Source of the DNA: Malacoraja senta
Lineage: Eukaryota
Assembly: GCA_038087875.1 (NCBI GenBank)
Contig: JAXLNO010005534.1
Coordinates: 1-64,000, forward strand
Length of the DNA: 64,000 bases
Direction: 5' to 3'
The notes under the pieces were generated by a model. It did no database searches. It was not told the DNA's origin and was given only the letters and a program-made list of their open reading frames with translations. The translations under genes were made by a program, and so were the position numbers. Positions 23,817 to 36,414 of this stretch are shown here, one piece after another; positions within the stretch are counted from its first letter, which is position 1, and each line of letters begins with the position of its first letter.

Positions 23817-26800
23817 TCAGTCCTCTTCCGAGTCCGGGGACAAGGTAAGAGAGTTAACCAGTTCAAAGAAAGGGTTCCATGTATCTAGGAATGTCTTGGT
23901 AGAGCCTTTGAGAGAGAACCTAAGTTTTTCAAGTTTCAGATTGTAAAGCACCTCCTTAATCCAACGGGCGTGTGTCGGGGGACAGGTGAGCCTCCAACTA
24001 AGCAAGATCAGTCTCCGGGCTAACAAGGTTGTAAAAGCTAGGACCCGTTTCACCGCAACAGAGAGGTTGGTATTGGGAGGGGTACCGAAAATGGCTGACA
24101 TTGGATTTGGAAGAATAGTCTGGTCGTAAGCTCTGCTTATCAATTCAAAAGCACTCCTCCAAAAGGCTGCTAGCTTAGGGCAAGACCAAAACATGTGGCT
24201 ATGGTTGGCAGGAGATTGACTACATCTGTTACAGGTGTCATTGACAGCTGGGTACATTCTAGCTAATCTTGCATTTGTATAGTGGACTTTGTAAAGGACT
24301 TTGCATTGGATTAGGCCATGACGAGCGCATATGGAAGAAGAGTGGATCAAATCCAAGGCAGAGTCCCATTGCTGGTCTGTTAATTGCGTATTCAGCTCTC
24401 CCTCCCACGCAGCTTTTAATGAGGTATGAGGTTTCAATAAAACCGACCCTAGCAAATTATACAAAATAGAGATGCATTTCTTCCGATTGGGGTCTAAAGC
24501 TAAGATGATACCAGTCAGGGTTTCAGGAGGGCGATTTGGGAAGTAGGGAAATGTCTTCCTCACAAAATCCCTAATCTGGAAAAACCGAAAAAGGTGGGAG
24601 TTTGGGAGGTTGTAGTTAGACGAGAGCGCCGCGAAAGATGAGAAGATACCATCCTTATATAGGTTTTTAATACTACTGATGCCATTACTATGCCAGGTTT
24701 TAAATGCGTGGTCTATACTTGAAGGTTTAAAAATGTGATTTTTAAGCAGTGGGGTCAAGATGGAAGGACCCTGTAAACCGGTTTTTCCTAAATTGACTCC
24801 ATATCTTGAGCGAAAGGGACACAATTGGGCCTGCACCCACAGATGTTATAGAAAGGGGGAGTTGGGAGCATAGGACAGACCGCAATGGGAGACGTGAACT
24901 CGCCTTTTCCATATATACCCAGATCGGTGGGTGCTCGCAATCATCATTCATCCAATACAGGAGTTTTTGCAAGTTAGCTGCCCAGTAGTATCGCCTAAAA
25001 TCAGGGAGGGCCAAACCGCCATCACTCTTAGGCGACTGCAGTATCGCCTTTCGGATTCTGACCGGTTTGCTACCCCATAAGAATTTAGATATTGTCCTTT
25101 CTAATTTGTCAAAAAAAGATTTGGTGATAAGTATGGGGACATGCTGGAAAAGATACAGGAATTTGGGTAGGACAACCATCTTAACCAGATTTATCCGGCC
25201 CACGAGGGATAGTGGTAAGACTGACCAGCGATCAAAATCTTTTTCGGCTTTCTCAACCAGAGGCAAAAAGTTTGTGCGGAACATATCAGATAAGGGTATT
25301 GTGATAAAAACGCCGACATAGCGAAACCCATCCTCTGCCCTTTTGAATGAGGTTAAAGAGCGAGGGAGCTGTTTAGCCGGTAAGTTAATCGGTAATAGCT
25401 CACTCTTTTGGTAGTTAAGTTTATAACCAGATTATGCACCAAACCGTTCTAAAATATTCATAATCACAGGGAGAGAACTGACTAGGTTCGAGATGTACAG
25501 GAGCAGGTCATCCGCATACAATGAGACTTTATGAGTTGTGTCAAACCGTGTAATACCTTTAAAGCCCTTCTCTGCGCGTAACCAGACCGCCAGGGGTTCT
25601 ATCGCGACATCAAACAAGAGTGGAGATAACGGGCAACCCTGTCTGGTACCTCTCTGAAGTGTGAAGTGGGGCGACAGTATGTCGTTTGTTTGTACTGAAG
25701 CCACCGGGGATGAATATAATAGGCTCACCCAGAGAATAAAACTGTTACCGAGGACAAACCTATCCATCGCTTCATATAGGTACCTCCACTCGACCCTGTC
25801 GAAGGCCTTTTCGGCATCGAGGGAGACCACCATCTCCGGGGTCTCATTACTCGAAGAGTGAATGATGTTAAGGAGACGCCTAGTATTATGGGAAGACTGT
25901 CGACCAGGTATAAACCCTGTTTGATCCAACGAGATAATAGAGGGCATCACTCGCTGAAGACGAAGCGCAAGGGCTTTAGAAAGGATTTTGAGGTCCACAT
26001 TCAGGAGTGAGATTGGTCTATAGCTACCACAAAGCAGGGGATCTTTCTCCTTTTTAAGAATTAGGGAGATGGTAGCCCACGACAAGGTGGGCGGTAGGCG
26101 ACGATTTAAAAACGCCTCGTTGTTCATGTCTCTCAGGACTGATGCAAGGAGGTCAGAGAAAGCTTTGTAATATTCTACAGAGAAGCCGTCAGGGCCGGGT
26201 GACTTTCCGCTTTGCAGCGATGTGATGGCTGCTTGGACCTCAGCTACAGTTATGGGACCACCCAAGTCTCTCATGGCTTCTTCGTCTATTCGGGGAAGCG
26301 TCATACTACTGAACATGTCACCTGCAGTGGGGGGACAGTCGGAAGTGTATAGTTCAGTGTAGAATTTAGCAAATGCTTCATTAATTCTGAGAGGATCAGT
26401 ATGAGTCTCCCCTGAGCTGGATCTAATGGCTGGAATTAACCGTGAAGGCGCCTCTGTTCTGGCCTGATGGGCCAAAAGCTTTTCAGCTTTATCCCCAGAT
26501 TCAAAAAAGTATTTGCCTAGATTTAAGCAGTCGTAGTTTGGCTTTATTAATGGATATGAGGTCAAAGTCTGTTTGTAGCCTAAGGCGTTCTCTATAGAGA
26601 TTAGGGTTTGGGTCAGATGCATATTTGTCATCAATGTCCTTTATTTTTTGTAACAGATCTGCCGTTTGGAACGTCTCCGTTCTTTTCAGGTTGGAGATAA
26701 AGGAAATGAGTTGGCCCCTAATATAGGCTTTTGAAGCTTCCCAAAGTATACCTCTTTCTATGTCCGGCGAGTCATTCAGCTCAAAATATAGGGTGATTTG

Positions 26801-27607
26801 GGAGTGCAAGAATTGCATGTAGTGAGCCTCTGCTAATAATGAGGAGTTGAACCTCCACTTAAAGGGGTTAGTTCGTTTACGAAAATGAAGATCAAGGGAG
26901 GTCGCAGCATGATCTGATATTACGATGCTATGGTACTCACTGGATTTGATTTTGGAAAGCAATCTATTATCTAAAAGAAAGAAGTCTATACGGGTAAACA
27001 TACGATGTACGTGGGAGAAAAATGAAAATAATTTAGTCGTGGGGAATATCAATCTCCATGGATCTGTGAGCCCCAGTTGTTTGGCGAGAACATGCAGAGT
27101 CTTACCGGATTTAGTTAAAGTAGAGGCTTTATTCGAAGATCTATCCAGTATAGGATCTTGGACCAGATTAAAATCTCCACCCACAATGACATGGTGATTT
27201 TCAATATTTGGGAGAGATGTAAAAAATTTAGTTATAAATGAGCTGTCATCCCAGTTGGGTCCATAAATGCATGCCAATATGACAGGTGTGTCTTGCAATT
27301 TGCCCGACACCATGACAAAGCGACCAGCAGGGTCTTCCACAGTTTTCTGTGGTTCGAACTTAATGTTCTTACGAATCAGGATAGCGGTGCCCCTGGCCCT
27401 ATTATTAAATTTCGAGTGAAATAGTTGACTAATCCAGCCTCTCTTAAGCCGTGTTACCTCTCTGTTGCGAAGGTGGGTCTCTTGGATAAAGAATATATCG
27501 CCTTTGAGCTGTTGCAAATGGGCCAAGATCCTATCAGTTTTGGTAGAACTTCCCATCCCTCTCACGTTCCACGAGACAAATCTAAAAGTATCGTTTGTGT
27601 TGGCCAT
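23817..27607 (-). pseudogene. L1 ORF2 (APE endonuclease + reverse transcriptase) with two frameshifts and one premature stop
   Basis: EN motifs VSWNVRG, IQETH, GGDFN and SDH. RT motifs KSPGPDG, YRPISLLN, SLDAEKAFD, RGTRQGCPLSP and LYADD. C-terminal CNRC...HMFWSC. In-frame TAA at 25434-25432; frame changes near 26.6 and 24.8 kb. Confidence 0.92.
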
Positions 27608-28840
27608 TTTTAGCTATATGGGTAATGCGCTGTAGTTCTGCAAAACGAGACGGAAGAGCGCATCGAAGCCAGCTGCCGAGAGTGGGGATGTGGAGGGGGA
27701 GGGGGGGGGGGGAATATATATATGTGAAGTAAAATAAAACAACAACAAAAACAAAAACAAAAACAAAAAACAAGAACAAAAACATACACACACGGCAAAC
27801 AAGTGGAACACATATCATTTAACCATCTTTCAAACCTGAGTCTCCAGACCAGAGATTCCCCCATGTCTCAACTGAACCTTAAGTGCCCCTTGCACCAAGG
27901 TGCGTTGTCCTCGCTTCCGCATGGAGATATCCGATCTTAACTCCCTATATCACAGCTTCCCAAAGCGACGGAGTCACTCAGTGTCGATAAGGTAACATGA
28001 AATAAAATAAGTATAGTAATAGTAATAATGACGGTGATGATAATAATTTGAAAAACAGAGTAGGAATAAAGTAAGATAAACATACATTGGTAAATGCAAG
28101 GTTAAAATAATAGCCATAATGGTTGCACTGCCAGTACCATTGCTAACACTAATAGTAATAATAGCAATGATGATAGTCACAATAAGACAAAGCCTATTAA
28201 CAAAATGGTGATACTAAATAAACCGGCTAACGTGTAAGTGGAGCCAGAATAACTTCCTTTGGTGTTGCATAGTATGTCTTAAAATCGACAAAGTATAAAG
28301 AGAGAGTTGGCGTTGGAAAAGTTAGCAAATTACAAACTGGGCTGTTGGATTAAAGCACAGCGCTAAAGGCATCAATTATGTTTTGTTAAACAAAAAAGGT
28401 ATAAGATAAGATTTGTATAACACCGCCCTGGCTGTAATGAGCTCTTATCAGCCCCAGACAGTTCGTTATGAAGATTAGTATAAGCAAACTAGCCAGGTGC
28501 TGACAGCGTTAGCGGCCAGCTGCTAAGAACAGGAAGGCAGAGACCAAATCACAAACCACAAAGTGGGTCCCTTAAGCCCAGCTTTATAGCATATGCTGGT
28601 GAGGGACCCCTCAAGCACGATTATGCATAGACAATATAAGAAAAAGTTGATATAAAACATTCACAATTCCTGGTGATTTCTTACCTGCCTCATACATTTC
28701 GAAACCGGGGTCTAGTATAATCAGCAATGCTGAACGCTAACCATAGCTAGTTATTAGGAACAGTCAGGCTAAAGTTAGTCCATGTAACCATAGATTAACC
28801 GGGCCCCTGTGCCACTCGAATATAGACGTACTGAACGAAG

Positions 28841-29662
28841 TCAGTCATCTGTGGGTCCCGGTCTGCGTCGATGGTGAGATGAGATGAAATCCCGAGCGTC
28901 CTCGGGAGATGTTAGTCGTCGCCTCTTTCCCTCCCCGGACATTATGAACAGCTTGGCTGGATAATGAAGGGAGGGTTTGAAACCCAGGTTATACAGCTCC
29001 TTCATAACGTCTCGGTACGCGAAGCGTTGTTCAACTATGTCGGGACAGTGGTCTTCGAAAATGTGGAACGGGGTATCTTTGTATTTCAGCTTACCCCTCT
29101 GCCTCCGAGCCTCACGTACCACGAACTCACGGGTCTGGTATCTATGAAAGCAGATCACAACTGCTCTGGGTTTCTCGCCAGGGCTTGGCTTGGCTGTTAG
29201 CGTACGGTGGGCTCGGTCTAGTTCCGGGGCTGATTCCAGTATGTGTTCGCCAAGAGTCTCGAGCAGAAGTTGAGAAAAAAACGCTGTTGTTTGGGAGCCC
29301 TCGATATTCTCGGGAAGACCCACTATCCTTATGTTATTTCGGCAACTCCTGCCTTCCAGGCTAATAAGCTTAGCCTTTACCTTGGCGTTCTCTTCGGTCA
29401 CCGTAGTTAACATTAACGTTATAGCTCGTATATCTTGGCTAGTGGTAGCGGCAAAAGACTCTAATGACGAGGGACGGTGTTGGTGGTCTAACATAGTGGT
29501 CTGGATATTGTCCAGCTTCGTTTCCAATTTGGTGAACGCAGTGTTAAATTCTGCCAGTAACAATACCTTATGTTCTGTTAACATGGCTGCTAGCGTGGCC
29601 ATACTGGCGCTGGTCGCCGGGTCTTCTGTCTTTTGCTCCGCTTTCTTTCCTTTGTTTGGCAT
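28841..29662 (-). CDS. L1 ORF1 RNA-binding protein (coiled coil + RRM + CTD), intact
   Basis: LEGRSCRNNIRIVGLPE, ELDRAHR, PRAVVICF and YPAKL motifs of the L1 ORF1p (Transposase_22) family. Confidence 0.9.
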   Translation of the reverse strand: MPNKGKKAEQKTEDPATSASMATLAAMLTEHKVLLLAEFNTAFTKLETKLDNIQTTMLDHQHRPSSLESFAATTSQDIRAITLMLTTVTEENAKVKAKLISLEGRSCRNNIRIVGLPENIEGSQTTAFFSQLLLETLGEHILESAPELDRAHRTLTAKPSPGEKPRAVVICFHRYQTREFVVREARRQRGKLKYKDTPFHIFEDHCPDIVEQRFAYRDVMKELYNLGFKPSLHYPAKLFIMSGEGKRRRLTSPEDARDFISSHHRRRPGPTDD

Positions 29663-30164
29663 CTTTACAGCATAGACAGGTACTCACAATGATGTTTAAA
29701 TGTTTGTGGGTGGTTAAAAAACTTAGACTGAGCTGTAATAAAAGTTGGAGGTGAAAAGGTCGGGAGCGTGGAAAAGTGCGACTACTCCAGCATGTCGCCC
29801 CCACCGGAAGTCCTGTAATGATTTTATTATCTACATTAAACTAGCATTGTTCACATCTAAATAAAAATAACAAAGTCTTAGATTTATGTAATTGTCCAGA
29901 CTATGGATGTTTAAATAGATCAATGAAAAATCTTTGAAGTTCATATTAGCGTTGAGATTTTATCTGCAGCATTTAATTATGAATTTAAAGAATCAAGCAT
30001 ATGTCAGAAATAGATGACTATATGCAGTGTAGAGGTCAACAAGGCTATTTTCTTATGTTGACCATTGTTATTTTAGCAAATAAAAGTGAACCCACTTATA
30101 GTTGATAAAACTTCAAAGGTTTTAAACTTTGCTGATATTTCAATATCTGAGAGTTTGATATTCT

Positions 30165-30280
30165 CACACACACACACACTCTCTTTCTCTCCCTCCCTCC
30201 CTCCCTCTCCCCCTCTCTCTGTCTCACACACATGAGCGCACACAAACACACACACGCGCGCGCACACACACACACATAGG
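30165..30280. repeat. Compound (CA)n/(CT)n/(CCCT)n microsatellite
   Basis: Direct reading. Confidence 0.85.
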
Positions 30281-31689
30281 CACACTCAGACATTAACACT
30301 ACTGTCTATTTGTAGTGACCAGCAATTTTAACCATGTCAGCTTGGCCCTGGTGTGAAGATATTTGCAGAGGTTTTGACTGGAACAAATAAGTCAGCTACA
30401 GAACAGGTGCTGCTACTTCAGACTGATAATGGGGTTGGATGTGGGACCACTATTGGCCTTTTGTGCAACTAGCTACTATAAAAAAATTAGCTAGATGCCC
30501 AAGAAATAAGATAAGAGACCTTGGCCAGGATCAGCCTATCTTGCTTCCTACATTTGGATCTGTGAGTTAAGGGTGACATAAGAATATTTTTTACCATTGG
30601 AGCAGAAGTAGGCCTTTCAGTCCATTGAGTCTACTCCACCATTCAGTCATGGCAGATCTATTTTTACCTCTGAATCCCATTCTCCAGCCTTCTCCCTGTA
30701 ACCTTTGGCAGCCATATTAATCAAGAACCTATCATTCTCTGCTTTAAAATATGCAATGACTTGACCCACACAGCTGTCTGTATCAATGAATTCCACAGAT
30801 TCACCACCCTGTGACTAATGAAATTCCTCCTCATCTCCATTTTGAAAGTACGTATTTTTATTGTGAGGCTGTGCTAGACTCTCCCATTACTGAAAACATC
30901 CTATCCACATCCACTAACTGGGACTTTCATTAACTGGTATGTTTCAGAGATTCCCCCCTCATCCTTCTAAATCCCACGAGCGCAGGCACAGAGACTTCAA
31001 ACATTCCTCATACGTTAAATCAATCATCCCCAGGACACACTTCCTCTGGACCCTCTCCAAAGCCAGCACATCCTTTCTAATATGGAGCCCAAAACTGCTC
31101 ACAATATTTCAAATGTATCCTCACCAGTGCCCGATAAATCCTCAGCATTATATCATTGTTTTTATCTTCTAGTCCCCCCGAAATGTCCCCCCTAAACTTC
31201 TAGTCCCCCCGAATTAAGGGACAGAAGTTTAGGGGTAACATGAGGGGGAACTTCTTTACTCAGAGAGTGGTGGCTGTGTGGAATGAGCTTCCAGTGAAGG
31301 TGGTGGAGGCAGGTTCGTTTTTATCGTTTAAAAATAAATTGGATAGTTATATGGACGGGAAAGGAATGGAGGGTTATGGTCTGAGCGCAGGTATATGGGA
31401 TTAGGGGAGAATACGTGTTCGGCACGGACTAGAAGGGTCGAGATGGCCTTTTTCCGTGCTGTAATTGTTATATGGTTATATGGTTAAATGAATGCTGGCA
31501 TTGCATTTGCCTTACTTACCACTGACTCAATCTGCAAATGAACTATTTGGGAATCCTGCACTAGTACTCCCACTTTGTAGCTCAGATTTCTGAATTCTCT
31601 CCCCATTTATTAAATAGTCTATGTCTTTATTCCGACTGCCAAAATGTAAAACCAGACACTTGCTACACTGTATTACATTTGGCTCTGCT

Positions 31690-32355
31690 TTGCCCACTCG
31701 GTGGAACTGCTGCCTTACAGCGCCAGAGACCCGGTTCAATTCTGACTACGGGTCCCGTCTGTACAGAGGTTTGTACCTTCTCCCCGGGACTTGCGTGGGT
31801 TTTACCCTGGATCTCCGGTTTCCTCCCTCAGTCCAAAGACATACAGGTTTGTAGGTTAATTGGCTTGGTATAATTGTAAATTGTCCCCTAATAAGTAAGA
31901 TAATGTAAGTGTGCAGGGATCGCTGGTTGACGCAGACTCGTGGGCCAAAGGGCCGGTTTCTGCGCTGTATCTCTTAAAGTAAAACCACATTCCATTGACT
32001 ATCAATAATTCTGGGCAATTAGATAACCACAAATTAATAATGGGTGGCACAGTGGCGTAGCGGTAGAGCTGCTGCCTTACTGCACCAGAGACCTGGGTTT
32101 GATCCTGACTACAGGTGCTGTCTGCAAGGACATTGTATGTTCTCCCTGTGACTGCGTGGGTTTTCTCCGGGTGCTCCGGTTTCCTCCCACACTCCAAAGG
32201 CATACAGGCTTGAAGGTTACTTGGCTTAGGTAAAATTGTAAATTGTCCCCAGTGTGTTGGTTAGTGTAAATGTACGGGATGATCACTGTTCAGCGAGGAC
32301 TCAGTGAGCTGTGGGGCCTGTATCTGCACCATATCTCTAAAGTCTAAAATCTAAA
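31690..32355 (+). mobile_element. Two adjacent V-SINE (HE1-like) copies
   Basis: Heads at about 31690 and 32043, each with a B-box-like motif and the conserved central domain. Confidence 0.75.
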
Positions 32356-32447
32356 TGCACAGTTTAGTTAAGAGTGTGTTGAGGCTGTTATCTCAGTCCA
32401 GGACGTTTATTGTCTCAAGTGATCAGCCTCATTGACTTGCCACTTAC

Positions 32448-32720
32448 CCTGTGGAACATTGACTCCCTGCAGCAGAGTTGCATGTTCGATGTAACAGGAG
32501 AATTTTGCCACATCTTCTCTACTCAGTTGAATTGTATTCTTCAGCTGGTAAGTCCCATCCCAATTGGGCAACAGATCACTGGATTCAGACTCGTGGTCTC
32601 CCTCACCATCTCTCAGCCACGTTACATCGATGCCCCGTGGGTAGAAGCCTGTGACAAGGCAGGAGAGTCTCAGTGATTGTGACTCATCACGTTTAATCCC
32701 AATAAACACCTCAGGGGTTT
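32448..32720 (-). CDS. MHC class I-like gene: alpha3 (Ig C1) exon
   Basis: Acceptor acacttgcag|AA, donor G|GTAAGT, 273 nt, phase 1/1. Motifs LSCLVTGFYP, VTWLRDG, LLPNWDGTYQ and FSCYIEH. Confidence 0.93.
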
Positions 32721-33534
32721 CTGCAAGTGTAGGAAGCGTCAGAATCAGTGAAGACATGAACAAAAGCCTTCAATTGTAAGATCACTGCAACTCACCTCTT
32801 TCCCAATCAGTTTTTTCTCCAGCTGAACAAAGTTTCCAGCCTAGACCCAAAATGCTGGAATAACTCAGCAGGTCAGGCAGCATCTCTGGAGAGAAGGAAT
32901 GCCCAGAGATGCTATCTGACCCACTGAGGTACTCCAACATCTTCTATCTTCGGTGTAAACCATCATCTGCAGTTCTATCTTGCACAAAGTTTACAGCCTT
33001 TTCTCTTTTCATTTTGCATTTCTGGCAAAACAACAAAACATTTAGTTTTAATATCACTGACATGCTCCTTATCTTAGCTCCAGACTTGAACTGACAGCGC
33101 AGATGAAAGGAGAATGCAGGGCCCAATGGAGGAGTATAACTCACCATTGGGATTGATACTGTAGACATGATTGCTTCTACTTGTTCATGAATCTCTGCTG
33201 AATAATAACACAAAATATTCCAAGAGGGAATGGGAGAAAGAAGTTCTTCAACCAGAGAACTGTTGGAAATTGGATGTCACCATCCCAAGGAGTAATAGAG
33301 GCAAATAGAGAATCTGATTGGGTTTCTGATCAGCACAGCAACAGACCCTTCAGGCCACAAAGTCAATGCTAAACATAAGACCAAGATACATATCCCTCCA
33401 TTTCTTGAATATCTATATGACTGTGGATAGAGGACGCTGGTACAATATTTATCTTTCACTTGCACTTCCTACCCACTGGCTCCATCTAAGAGGCACGTTG
33501 CCAGACAATTTACTGATACCCACGTTGTAGAACA

Positions 33535-33826
33535 GGGTGGCGAAGCAGTGGAGCTACTGCCTTACAGCGCCAGAGACCTGGGTTTGTTACTAACTACGGG
33601 TGCTTGTCTTTACGCAGTTTGTACGTTCTCCCTGTGACCTGCGTGGGTTTTATCCGAGATCTTTGGTTTCCCCTCACACTCGAAAGACGTACAAATTTGT
33701 AGGTTAATTGGATTGGTATAAATGCAAATTGTCCCTAGTGTGTGTAGGATAGTGTTAGTGTGCGGGCATGGCTGCTCGGTGCGGTGTCGGTGGGTTTCCG
33801 AGCTGTATCACTAAACTAAACTAAAT
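33535..33826 (+). mobile_element. V-SINE (HE1-like) in MHC-like intron
   Basis: Same head, central domain and (TAAAC)n tail as the other copies. Confidence 0.8.
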
Positions 33827-33924
33827 AATTACTCAAGTGACAGCCTGACGTGCATGATATTTCCCACCTGATCTATCCAGAGGATATCCTCTGGCCCATC
33901 AGTCAGAGTGCGTACGTCGTGTAC

Positions 33925-34200
33925 CTCTCCTCTGTAGTGCTTCTTGTCCACACTCCAGATATACCAGCAGCCATTTCACACAGTCCTTCTCCAGGAGATC
34001 TTTGAAATACTTGTTCATGAAGGTGTTGACGTTCCACCGATCTGCTAGCATCTGGAAATCTGGACGTAGTGCAATCCAGCGCATTCTGTCCTTGTCAAAA
34101 GCACAGGCATCCTCCCCATCATAACCCAGTCTGACAAACCCATCAGTGGAATTGTCACTGTCCACTTCACAGCCGCAGAAACCCTGGACAAAGAAAACAG
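33925..34200 (-). CDS. MHC class I-like gene: alpha2 exon
   Basis: Acceptor cagccccag|CT, donor G|GTACAC, 276 nt (the canonical alpha2 size), phase 1/1. Motifs VQGFCGCE, LGYDGED, RWIA, DRW and DCVKWLLVYLECG, with the C101/C164 pair. Confidence 0.93.
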
Positions 34201-35957
34201 CTGGGGCTGAGGTAGGGGTGGAGGATTTGTGTTGGGGAGAGTGGATGGAAGGGAGAGGCAATTTACAAATCAGTTCTCAGCATGGTACAAACAGGCATAA
34301 CAGTACACAACATAGAGCTGTACAGCACAGGAGCAGGTTTAGCTCAGAGATACAGTGCGGAAAGAGGCCCTTCGGCCCACCGAGTCCGCACTGACCAGTG
34401 ATCCCCGCATATTAACACTATCCCACACAGACTACTTTTCTTTCCAGCTTTCTCCACTCTACCCCATCACTCTAAATGGTCCTGGTCTCATATGTTTTCT
34501 GTCCATTTTTCCACAGCATGCTGCCTGACTCGTTGAGTTCCTCCTGTTTGTTTTAAATTCAGATTGGCAGCATCTGCAGTTTGCTGTGACTCCATCTTAG
34601 CACAATGGATGATCAGTGTGGATTCAGTGAGCAGAAGGGCCAGTTTCCATGCTGTGTGACGCAATGACTCAATGACCCATGGTTTATATACTGAGTGCAT
34701 GGACTAACCTCAAGTGTTGAGGGGGGAAGCTTTACTGTTGCGGATGTAACACTAAAGGAGTTCTGCTATGTCAGAAGGGTAGAACTCAGATTTCTGCACT
34801 GTCGTACATAAAGAACAGAGGAAGGAGTGCATTGTCAGATGGGCAATGCTACAGAGCCAACAGGTCAGTCTGAAGGTTAAGGCAATGCAGATGGGAAGTA
34901 CATCAAGGCTGTTGCACTGTGTGGGATTGCTACACCCTCTGTGGATTGTTGCCAATATTGAGGGAATGCTGGATTAACAGAATATTATTGTTGAGGGAAT
35001 ACATCATAGTCACCATCAACCAGCTTAAATCAAGGTCCCATCTCTAGGTGATCAGGCTATAAGTAAACTAATGGTTTCTCCCTCATTCCAGCCCAATAAA
35101 ACAGATGATCCAATCCATCCACTTATTACTGGTGTTGAATATCAAATGCTTAACCCATAAAGTGACTATCACCAGCCAACTGTTATCAATGGGTGTTCAG
35201 CAGTTAGGACACATTAAATATAGACGATGGGCCGTGTCTCTATCAAAATGTGATGGAGTAAATGTCTGAAACAGCATCAATGGTGCTGAAGTGAAAAAGG
35301 TTGAGAGCTTCTGGTTCACCTACTGCCTCAGGAGACTAAGGAAATGCGGCATCTCCAATGACTCTTACAAACTTCTACAAATGTGCCATAGAAAGCATAC
35401 TGACAGGTTGCATCACAACTTAGTTTGGAAAGAGTTCTGCCCAAGACCGCTGGAAATTGCAGAGAGGTGGAGATGTAGCACAGTCGATCACACAAACATG
35501 ATTCCCCACCAGTGAATCCATCTATATTTCAACTGGCTCAGGAAAGCAGACAACATAATCAAAGATTCATCCCGCTCTGGTCATTCCTTCTTCTTCCTGC
35601 AGAAGGTACGTAAGCATTAAAGCGTGCACCACCAGACTCAGTAACTGTTTCCTCCCCTATGTTATCAGGTTTCTGAACAGTCCTCCCTTATGCTAGGGTT
35701 CACCTCAACCCCATTGTAGACACTGGACTTTGTCTCTGGCACTGGTGCCTTACAAAGCTGAGAACTACATTCTGCACTCTTTGCTCTACCTATTGTACGA
35801 GTTTGGTTTGATTGTATTTATGAATAGTTTTCTTTGATGTGATTGACTAACATGCAAAAAAAGTGTATCAGAGAATCATGTGACAGCAACAAAACTAAAA
35901 CAAAATCCATTTGTGCCATCACTGGGTGTCTACCCCAGGTCCGCTCACGACACTTAC

Positions 35958-36218
35958 TCGAGATACCATGTTGCTGTTGGTAGACTATTTCAGCATTTCC
36001 TCTGACAATCCCATGAAAACCTGCAACTGTGATGGCCATTGAATCCCAGTGATCCTGCGGGAAAGACTGGGCCATCCATCGCTGTCTGGCAACAGCCCGC
36101 TCTAGTGTGCTGTCAAAATATGCTATCTGGAGGTCATCCAGCATTGCTACCATACTGTACTCAGGCAGCACACTCAATCCATGGTTCAACAGGTAGTAAA
36201 ATGCAAGATGGTGAAAAT
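35958..36218 (-). CDS. MHC class I-like gene: alpha1 exon
   Basis: Acceptor gcattgcag|AT, donor A|GTAAGT, 261 nt, phase 1/1. Translation (D)FHHLAFYYLLNHGLSVLPEYSMVAMLDDLQIAYFDS...RQRWM...DHWD. Confidence 0.92.
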
Positions 36219-36414
36219 CTGCAATGCATAAACAAAAATAAGTATGATTGTATCATTCACTGAAAATAACTAACAGTTATTAATGCTAAAACTGATAACA
36301 ATACAAGAACTTTGAATAAGGGAGTCACAAGGACCTGCAGATGCAAGTGCTGGAGGAACTCAGTGGGGCAGGCAGCATCAATGATCAGGTGACAATTTGT
36401 GTCAGGAGCCTTTA

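Larger units (their letters stand above)
23283..29813 (-). mobile_element. Full-length L1-clade LINE (~6.5 kb), ORF2 inactivated
   Basis: 5' end GGACTTCCGGT, ORF1, ~1.2-kb spacer, ORF2 (EN + RT + C-terminal Cys/His region), AATAAA at 23305-23300 and a short poly(A). 15-bp TSD TGTAATGATTTTATT at 23268-23282 and 29814-29828. Confidence 0.95.
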
